DNA of 32,000 nucleotides from Bdellovibrionota bacterium (lineage in GTDB: Bacteria > Bdellovibrionota_C > UBA2361 > SZUA-149 > CAZDWZ01): assembly GCA_046328905.1 (NCBI GenBank), contig JAXLVP010000001.1, positions 2,294,815 through 2,326,814 of the forward strand, in the 5' to 3' direction. Positions 24,501 to 30,894 of the stretch are shown one piece after another; within the stretch, counting starts at the first letter, position 1, and every line of letters begins with the position of its first letter. Both the position numbers and the translations under genes were made by a program. A model generated the notes under the pieces. It ran no database searches. It saw nothing but the letters and a program-made list of their open reading frames with translations, and was not told the origin of the DNA.

Positions 24501-24713
24501 TATTTGCAATTCAGGGACGCGACGATGAACCCGCCCGTGATGCGAATCATGGATACGCTCACGATCTCAGACGGGACGGCACCTGGACCGCAGACTGTTG
24601 AGAGCGCAGGCGTGGCGAGCCCGAGAAATACCGTTCCAACTGGAATTCCTGTATCGGTTGACCCAGACGGTCGCCCGCGGCTCGATCTCTCCTCGCTGGT
24701 CGTGCCGAAGTAA
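21531..24713 (+). CDS. giant hypothetical protein: Cys/Gln/Pro N-terminal motif, globular region, 20-aa tandem repeat array, Gly-punctuated beta-repeat C-terminal region
   Basis: A single open frame of 1066 codons from TTG 21513. ATG 21531 (MGNGNGPIRN...) follows an AAGGA site. There is no signal peptide or TM segment. Substitutions between repeat units fall at third codon positions of this frame, which supports it as the coding frame. No family recognised. Confidence 0.8.
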   Translation: MGNGNGPIRNLVSAIRHRHCEPACQPVTCQPVVYESVVCQPTVQVPAYQPALSHSEQLSQNTRRLYTEGKRDAAKTGPAPEGTNLYYFSEGQLYDSNGARIGSMALDPKTSLAGKDTITTPGWLQNDRGQNWNFTQQNGQPVFVDQYGRASKAEIRIGAPPGMKATMEYHVADIMVTDPRYCQGVLSIARHAGNIIVYKPADQVKTESLDPKAVQQLFDSRTGRIELPSSGGKKSFDVHHTAQNDGADYVYLMSTDGTEQVRLSRSKADGTYQLERQLHQANQWTDCYGRRMYGNVGWVPDTNVQIPTAAAQQPGRVLPSSQIPDPNPSEAPTPQPPSVPVPDPNAGPRREPQPAMPRPSTAPVPEEPPATEPTPPPEVPPATPGPRRANVTADDGTRRANVAPDGEPDGGRRANAVPDPTRRANVAPDPSGAASAQPDPTRRAVVAPDSSGAAAAQPDPTRRAVVAPDSSGAAAAQPDPTRRAVVAPDASGSPAAQPDPTRRAVVAPDASGAASAQPDPTRRAAVAPDASGSAAAQPDPTRTAVVAPDATGATAPQPDPTRRAAVAPDASGSAAAQPDPTRTAVVAPDATGAASPQPDPTRRVAAAPDASGNAAAQPDPSRTAVVAPDASGAAAPQPDPTRRAAVAPDASGTAAAQPDPTRRATVTSGATGNPVAQPDATRPAGVAPDSPASVSPTEPRRARVAPDGAGEAPAPNPDDGVRPVPPAENRDDSRPREPVDPTRVARARSAQVGVTPRTTETIEILPVTGTPVPVTVGQGGLLPIGLDPTGALTFRVAGQQIPLRVDARGTVPLSLGPNGELAVDSAAASQFVPDFLERMSAPSQVRLGGAPPRQNSGFNLLTSSGSSRTLNPLTPDRDTPSLLLSRGGLSFQLGANALTPVQFDSATGTFSTDNRPASGALPIQRSLDVGSVFEIPLQVASDGSIRIAPTTGRPPFAVDQYGMVRLRLNRTSPIKVGQDGTAALAVSPSGYLQFRDATMNPPVMRIMDTLTISDGTAPGPQTVESAGVASPRNTVPTGIPVSVDPDGRPRLDLSSLVVPK
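22782..23561 (+). repeat. 13 tandem 60-nt (20-aa) in-frame repeats, consensus PDPTRRAVVAPDASGAAAAQ, with 120-nt superperiod; degenerate copies extend to ~22684 and ~23690
   Basis: Because the listing is 60 nt per line, the repeat aligns in columns across lines 22801-23521. Units start at 22782, 22842, 22902 and so on. A ~73-nt stretch at 23101-23173 is identical to 23221-23293. Confidence 0.95.
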
Positions 24714-24741
24714 TCTCACGAACATTCGCATACCCTCTCGA

Positions 24742-24821
24742 AGCGGCACGGCGCCGCTCGGGGGGACGTGCGCCTTCATCTGATGGAATCTGCCCACATC
24801 AGACCGGATCTGCGCATCCGG
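24742..24821 (+). promoter_or_regulatory. three consecutive short stem-loops in the 226-nt spacer between the two giant ORFs
   Basis: Three stem-loops read directly from the sequence: AGCGGC/GCCGCT (24742-24758), TCTGATG/CATCAGA (24779-24803) and CCGGAT/ATCCGG (24804-24821). None has a T-run tail. A TTGAAA hexamer follows at 24829-24834. Confidence 0.35.
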
Positions 24822-24939
24822 CACCCTCTTGAAAAATTATGCATAACCTATGTATGCGCGAGTGTTTTTTGTTTTCGGGAAGGAGCCGCTTCTCAATCGT
24901 CTCGTGCAATGGTTGTTCGAAAGTTCCTACGAGGTTTCT

Positions 24940-27900
24940 ATGGGTGGTCCCGCAGCGGCAACAAAATCGGAAAATCCCGGATTAGATCTATCGGCTCCGG
25001 TCCGTCAGGCACCGCCCGCCGAACGTCAACCCGCTCAGCTACGAGATGCAAGTGTCGCGCTACCCCCTTCGGCGGCAATTCAAGTTCAACTAGAAAAGGA
25101 GAAGCTTGAGCGGACGCTGGGCACACCTCGCGCCGCGGCAGTCCTCGAAGAAGCGAAACGGGCTGAGCGTGTGCTCGAAGAGATCCAACGCCAATCTGCG
25201 ATGCTCGACAAGGAGTCGCTCGCCAAGTGGAAACCGTATATCGCTTCCGCCGCTGCGAAGATGAATCAAGCATTGGCTGCGGGGGACTTTGCCGGGTTCG
25301 AGAGCCAGCTTTCCACCTTCAATAAGCATCTCGAGCGACTTCAAAAATACATGAGCTACGAGCGAACAGAAGGGCTCGTCGCCGTGCATGCCGAAAGCGG
25401 CGTGCGGATTTACAGCAAAGACGGCGCTGTTTGGCTCGTGACTCCGGACGCTCAGGCATTTGCCGATTATCGCTCTGGCGCGAAGGCCAGAGAGCTCGCT
25501 GGATTTGTGAAAGGAGTCACCGGAGTTTCACTCGATCCGAATCATGCCGTGTATCAAGCCTCCGGCCCGGCCAGAGACGGGCAGACTCTTCTTGCCTGCC
25601 GGATGGATCTCCTGAGCCTGCAGGACGGCAGAAACGAGTTCGGTGTGCGAACCACCCTTCGACGAGATTCGGGCGCGCTTTCGCAAGATATCAACTTCAC
25701 TCGAGAGCAGGTTTCCGGCGGCCGGATTGTAGCGGATGCGACTCGCGGTTTCGGGCATGCGAACGGCTTTCCGTCGATTGCGTTCAGCGCTCCTGGCGTT
25801 CAATCGGGACCTGTCGGAAATCCCGGTTCTGCAGCAGCGCAGCCGCAACAGCTTGCTGCGATTCCAGCCGGTGCGAACGGCCCGGCGCCGGTGCCAGTCA
25901 TACCCGTGTCGCGCGCCACAGCCGCACAAGAACATCCGCAGCCTGACGGGCGTGACGCCGGCGCTGCCATTCGAACCGCTACCCTTGTGACGGCGGCACT
26001 TGGGCAAAATGGCCCGAGCCCGATCACGATGACCACTTTGGCGGAGGCGGCGCAGCGTGTGAATCCGTTGCCTTATCTTGCGGGGCGCCGGGAGGCGGCT
26101 CTCGACAGAGTCATTGAGGAGACGGAGAAGCGGATTGCGAAGGATCTCAAAATTTTAAAGAAGCCCGAGGAGATCGCTGAAGGTCTGAAAGAGGCGACTG
26201 CCGGAGGAGAACGATTCGGCAGAGCATATGCGACTCGCAGAGCCGCGCTCGATGCGGAGCTCGCGAAAGCGGCCACTCCGGCAGAAAAAAGCGCGGTGCA
26301 GGTGAGAATCAATGCGCTGGAAGACCTCCGGGCCCGGGAGGTCATTTATCGTCGCGACCTCCTTGAAAGACAGGTTAGCAGCGCTACGAAGCAGAAGGAT
26401 GTGAAGCTGGCGCGCGATACGAAGCGAACCCTACTCGAGATGAAGGATGACGTCGATCGCGCTTATCAGCATCAGATTCAGAGAGCGACTGCCGACGGCA
26501 AACCGATTGATAAACTGGAAGCGGCAAGAGGGAAGTTCGCCTCAAGGTGCACAACGCTTGCAGACGAGCTTCAAACACTTCGGGGACGCCTGACCAGATG
26601 GGCCGGTGGCGGCCTTTCGTGGGTTGCCGATCATACCGGTTTGAGCGCGCTCAGCGGACGCGTTTCGTCGGCGCTGCATGTAGACATCAAGGTCAGCTCA
26701 CTTACGGGTTGGAACAGGTTCTGGGACTGGGTCGATAAGCGGCAAGCTGCTGCCGTTTCGAAGACATTGGCGGATACAGAACGCTTGCTTCAGACCGGCG
26801 TCGGCACCCTGACCGCTGACGAAGCGGCTTCACAGCTGGCTCTGATGGCGAAGAGACAGCAAACTTTCCAGTCGAGACTCGCTGTCCTCGAGGCGCAGCA
26901 GAAAGGCGGTGCTACCGGGCTCGACACAACGATTCAAGAGCTCAAAGACGGACGCGCGCGATGTGTTCTTCGCCAGAGGGAGATCCTCGAACGCCAAATT
27001 GGCGAGGCAACCGCCGCCGGCGAAGATTGCACTGCTCTGAAATCAAAGCTGTACGGCACGATGAAGCCCGAAGTGGACGAGGCTCACGCGCAGTTGAAAA
27101 TGAAGTCCAAGCCTGAAGCAACTGCCTACAATAAGGCATGCAAGGACTACGCACCGGAGCTTGAGCGTCAGCGAGTGGCAGAGCTGGTAGCCGACACGAA
27201 AACCGTCCGCGCTGCAGCTGATGCGGTTGTGAAGGCAGAAGGCTCACTGAGTAGCGCTGCAGCTGGAACGCCTGCTCACGCTGAGGCGACTGCAGAAGTT
27301 GCCCTCGCAAAAGCTCGACTCGATCTTGCGCAAAAGGACGCTCGAATCGCGCAGCTCGAGGAGAAGCTCAAGCTCAATCCGGCTGATGCTGATGCGACTG
27401 CCGAGGTTCAGCGACTCAGGGTTGATCGCGCGCGTTCAGCGACTGCGGAGCGGGCTTGCGGAGTCGAGCGGGCTTCGAAGCGGGTAGCGCGAATTGATGC
27501 CGATATTGCGGACATCGATGCGGAGCTTGCGAAACCGGACCAATCCGCAAAAGCGATTGCCGAGCTGGAGAAGCGCCGCGGTACTCTGCTTGCGGAGCAG
27601 TCAGAGCTTCGGACACAAACCGAATCTCTCGCCGATACCAAGAAACAGGCTGGCGTTGCGGTGAAGTTGGCTGACCTCGAGCAGGATCTTGCCCAACAGC
27701 GCGCAGAGCGAGCAAAAGCAACTGATCCTGCCGCCCAAAAAACCCTCGACCAGCGTATCGCTGAGTTGGAAGGAAAGCTCAGAGCAGCGAATATCGAGCT
27801 CATCAGGCGCGACCTCGCCGCGACGGAACAGAGCTTGACCCGGCTCCAGGGAGAGCTGGCGGCAGTTGACGCTGAGCTCGGGACACTCACCGGTCAAAAG

Positions 27901-29835
27901 ACGGCACGCGTTACCGAACTCGAAAAGAGCCGTCAACGTCTGCAGGGTAAGATTAAGGGAATGGAGGATACGAAGGAGTTCCTCAACGGACAGCGCGAGA
28001 TTTATTCGTTGGAGTCGAAATGCGCGAAGGCTGGAACCCAACTGGCAGCGAAGGAGGCCGCGCTTGAGACTGCAAAGAAAGCAACCACTCAGGATCCTGC
28101 ACTGATTGCCGCTCTCGAAGGCGAGGTTCAAACTCTTCGTCAAACGTCGACTACTCTTCAACAGGAGCTCACAACGGCCAGAACATCATTCCGCACAACT
28201 TGGTCAGCACGTCTTACTGCGGCGCGCGCAAACTTCGCCGAGCGGGTAATGGGGCGTGTGCAGGGTTACGCTCAGCAGCATCCGATGAAAGCCGCGACGA
28301 TTCTCGCGGTAGCGACCGAATCGCTCCGCGGCGCCGGTATGGCGGACTACGATCCCGAGACCCGGCACACCGTACTGCCTTCGCTGATCTTTCTGCTCAA
28401 TCAGGATTTCGACCAGTGGGCCTACACCACCGAACAGGTTGGAGTTCCCGGAGCGGTCGCCCTTGAAGCTGGTAGCCATGGTGGAAACGCATTGATCATG
28501 AGCGGTGGCGCATACGGGCTGTATAGAATCGGTTCGACAGCCGTAACCTCCAGAGCCGGTCAGGCGGTGGTCACGCGAATTGCCGGTTCGCGGCTTGCGC
28601 AATCCAAGTTTGTCACCTGGGCTGCTCCTAAGGTCGCAAGCTATGCCGGCCCGGCGCTTGTCGGCGTCGGCGCCGCGGCGGACGGGTATTTCACATTCGC
28701 CGACGGAAGCTTCGTCAATTTCAATGACCGTCAGGTTGCAACCGCTACGACGAGCCCAATTGTCGCTGGAGCGGTCGGAGGCGGCGTCTTCTTCGGTCCT
28801 CCCGGAGCGATCGTCGGTGCGGTCGGCGGTGCCATCGGAGAGGTCGCCGGTGTCACTCGTGGTCTCTTCGTGCTTGATGCGGAGGCTACCGCTGACTACA
28901 AAAAACGGAGTGTTCGAGAGAGCATTGAGCTTGCAGAGCAGGGATTTGTTTTCGACGCCAAGGACCCTGCCTTGAGATCACGCAGTCCTGTTCTGTCTGC
29001 TGAGGAGAAAGAGGTGATCGACGGTCACGCTCGAGTTCGCTTCTTACGGACTATTTTCAGCCGTGACCCGAACGTCGGTTTGTCGACTGAGCAGCTGAAA
29101 GCCGCCGGTTTCGTTACCGACCCGGGGAAAACACCGGAGGAGCACGAGGCCGCCGAGCGACATAATTGGGAAAGGTCGGAAGCCCTCTTTACTGCCGGTT
29201 ATTTCAGCGGTGCGCCGATCAATTCTCTCGACCCGGAGCTCCGCGGACGACTCGAACGCGAGCGAGCGGATGCTCATCGGCACTACACGGATCTCTATCA
29301 GACAAGTATGCGTCGCACGTACACCGAATTCAACAAGACCAGCACGCCGGCTGTGGCAGCTTGGGACATTTTAAACACCTACACATTCGGTTGGACTGGC
29401 CCCGGGGGACGTGGGGATCAGGGAGGAGTAGCTATCTCTTCCGAATTTCATGATCGTCTTGCAGTGGTCGCAAAAGAGTTTGCTGAAAAGTTTGGTACCC
29501 GAGACTCGGCAGCAGTCGGGGAAGACCGGGCCGCGCTTGCGGAAGAACAGTGGGGATTTCTCGCGAGCAGGTTCCCTCAGATCGGTCTCATTTTCTCAGA
29601 TACGGAAGCTCGCAGACTCTTCGTTAACGGTTTCTCGATGCTCGCGGGAGAAAAGGGAAAACAATTGGAGGATTACGCGTTGATGAGCGATATCGATCGA
29701 TGCGCCACGGGGGTTGCCATCCTGAGAAACTCCCGCGATGACTTCGCAGTGCAGGTTCAACACCGGCTCGCGCGTGGGCTGACTGACGATCTCGCAGACG
29801 GAGCCGTTCTTGATCAGTTACTCGGTACCAACTAA
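24940..29835 (+). CDS. giant hypothetical coiled-coil protein with glycine-zipper-like hydrophobic module and unassigned C-terminal domain
   Basis: The open frame runs from ATG 24850 (1661 aa). I prefer ATG 24940 (MGGPAAATKSE...) because GAGG lies 5 nt upstream and the first 30 codons look non-coding. About 26070-28250 is heptad-like and rich in A/E/K/L/R/Q. 28440-28885 is Gly/Ala/Val-rich and hydrophobic. No family recognised. Confidence 0.8.
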   Translation: MGGPAAATKSENPGLDLSAPVRQAPPAERQPAQLRDASVALPPSAAIQVQLEKEKLERTLGTPRAAAVLEEAKRAERVLEEIQRQSAMLDKESLAKWKPYIASAAAKMNQALAAGDFAGFESQLSTFNKHLERLQKYMSYERTEGLVAVHAESGVRIYSKDGAVWLVTPDAQAFADYRSGAKARELAGFVKGVTGVSLDPNHAVYQASGPARDGQTLLACRMDLLSLQDGRNEFGVRTTLRRDSGALSQDINFTREQVSGGRIVADATRGFGHANGFPSIAFSAPGVQSGPVGNPGSAAAQPQQLAAIPAGANGPAPVPVIPVSRATAAQEHPQPDGRDAGAAIRTATLVTAALGQNGPSPITMTTLAEAAQRVNPLPYLAGRREAALDRVIEETEKRIAKDLKILKKPEEIAEGLKEATAGGERFGRAYATRRAALDAELAKAATPAEKSAVQVRINALEDLRAREVIYRRDLLERQVSSATKQKDVKLARDTKRTLLEMKDDVDRAYQHQIQRATADGKPIDKLEAARGKFASRCTTLADELQTLRGRLTRWAGGGLSWVADHTGLSALSGRVSSALHVDIKVSSLTGWNRFWDWVDKRQAAAVSKTLADTERLLQTGVGTLTADEAASQLALMAKRQQTFQSRLAVLEAQQKGGATGLDTTIQELKDGRARCVLRQREILERQIGEATAAGEDCTALKSKLYGTMKPEVDEAHAQLKMKSKPEATAYNKACKDYAPELERQRVAELVADTKTVRAAADAVVKAEGSLSSAAAGTPAHAEATAEVALAKARLDLAQKDARIAQLEEKLKLNPADADATAEVQRLRVDRARSATAERACGVERASKRVARIDADIADIDAELAKPDQSAKAIAELEKRRGTLLAEQSELRTQTESLADTKKQAGVAVKLADLEQDLAQQRAERAKATDPAAQKTLDQRIAELEGKLRAANIELIRRDLAATEQSLTRLQGELAAVDAELGTLTGQKTARVTELEKSRQRLQGKIKGMEDTKEFLNGQREIYSLESKCAKAGTQLAAKEAALETAKKATTQDPALIAALEGEVQTLRQTSTTLQQELTTARTSFRTTWSARLTAARANFAERVMGRVQGYAQQHPMKAATILAVATESLRGAGMADYDPETRHTVLPSLIFLLNQDFDQWAYTTEQVGVPGAVALEAGSHGGNALIMSGGAYGLYRIGSTAVTSRAGQAVVTRIAGSRLAQSKFVTWAAPKVASYAGPALVGVGAAADGYFTFADGSFVNFNDRQVATATTSPIVAGAVGGGVFFGPPGAIVGAVGGAIGEVAGVTRGLFVLDAEATADYKKRSVRESIELAEQGFVFDAKDPALRSRSPVLSAEEKEVIDGHARVRFLRTIFSRDPNVGLSTEQLKAAGFVTDPGKTPEEHEAAERHNWERSEALFTAGYFSGAPINSLDPELRGRLERERADAHRHYTDLYQTSMRRTYTEFNKTSTPAVAAWDILNTYTFGWTGPGGRGDQGGVAISSEFHDRLAVVAKEFAEKFGTRDSAAVGEDRAALAEEQWGFLASRFPQIGLIFSDTEARRLFVNGFSMLAGEKGKQLEDYALMSDIDRCATGVAILRNSRDDFAVQVQHRLARGLTDDLADGAVLDQLLGTN

Positions 29836-29870
29836 CGCTTATCGTCTTTCCGTAAAGCAAGGACCTTCCG

Positions 29871-30425
29871 GTGGAAGAAATCGACACCCGCGACGAATCG
29901 CTGAGTAGTGATAACACCCGCTCCCTCTTCTGGGGCTTGAGCTGCTTTGCGATGCTCGTCCCCACGCTCGCAATGGTATTTGCCTGGCTCTACGCCTCGT
30001 ACATGGAGATCTCTTTCAGCAAACACCAGATCAAAGAGATGGTCTTCGCGACATGGGGAATAACCCTCGCTGGGTTACTCCTCTTTGGTTTTTTCAACCG
30101 TCGCGGCGCCGGAAGGAGGCGTTCGGATCCGTCTGATATTATGCACGCGAGTGCTGCCGAGCTGACCGCAACGAAATGGGAGCAGCGAAAGGCGACCCGG
30201 CTCTTCGTTCGGTCCTACCTTGTCTCGTTGATGCTTCCCTGGGCAGGAATCGCCCTGGCACTTATCCCGCTTGTGGCAATGCACACTCCGTTCGGTCATC
30301 GAGAGGCAGTGCTTGTCTTGCAGATCTACGGAATCTCGGCGGCAGTGCTTGTCGTACGGGCGGCCATCCGGTCGCGTGGCGAGCGGATGGTGTATCTTTC
30401 CACCCCTGAAGGCTTGAAAAGCTAA
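29871..30425 (+). CDS. hypothetical 4-TM membrane protein immediately downstream of the giant coiled-coil gene
   Basis: 184 aa. GTG start with AAGGA 7 nt upstream, 35 nt after the giant ORF stop. It has four hydrophobic helices and a basic loop, RRGAGRRRSD. No family recognised. Confidence 0.6.
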   Translation: MEEIDTRDESLSSDNTRSLFWGLSCFAMLVPTLAMVFAWLYASYMEISFSKHQIKEMVFATWGITLAGLLLFGFFNRRGAGRRRSDPSDIMHASAAELTATKWEQRKATRLFVRSYLVSLMLPWAGIALALIPLVAMHTPFGHREAVLVLQIYGISAAVLVVRAAIRSRGERMVYLSTPEGLKS

Positions 30426-30878
30426 TTACTGAGCCAGGGCGATAATCTTCGAGAACTCTTTCTCGGTCACCGGCTGAACGCTTAGCCGCGATCCCCGCTG
30501 AAGGAGCACCATGCCCTTCAACGCAGTTTCCTTCTTCAGCTCGGTCAGTGTGACTATCTCTTTGAACGTCTGAATGTGTTTCAGCTCCGGGGCGAACCAG
30601 CGCGGCTCAGCCTTCGTCGCTTTCGGGTCGTAGTAATCGCTCTTGGGGTCGAACTGCGTTGCGTCTGCGGTCGCAAGCTTCACCACCTGCGCCAGCCCGA
30701 CTACCCCACTTGGCTCGGTGCTCGAATGGTAGAAAAGAACGCTGTCTTTGACCGCCATCTCTTTCAGATAGTTCCGCGCCTGATAGTTCCTTACGCAGTC
30801 CCATGCGGTGGTCTTGTCGCGTGCGAGGTCGTCGATGGAGTAGACGTCAGGCTCCGATTTTACCAGCCAATAGGCCAT
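30426..30878 (-). CDS. EVE domain (PUA-like) protein
   Basis: 150 aa. MAYWLVKSEPDVYSIDDL...WDCVRNYQARNYLKEM...VLFYHS matches the stand-alone EVE/DUF55 family pattern. Confidence 0.85.
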   Translation of the reverse strand: MAYWLVKSEPDVYSIDDLARDKTTAWDCVRNYQARNYLKEMAVKDSVLFYHSSTEPSGVVGLAQVVKLATADATQFDPKSDYYDPKATKAEPRWFAPELKHIQTFKEIVTLTELKKETALKGMVLLQRGSRLSVQPVTEKEFSKIIALAQ

Positions 30879-30894
30879 AGTGCTTAGGTGAGGA

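Noticed and set aside
24940-24960. An N-terminal MGGPAAA that fits the loose eukaryotic N-myristoylation pattern G-{EDRKHPFYW}-x(2)-[STAGCN]-{P}, hinting at a host-targeted effector.
   Set aside because: The pattern is extremely permissive, the start codon is uncertain, and giant 1 (MGNGNGP) violates it. This is not evidence on its own.
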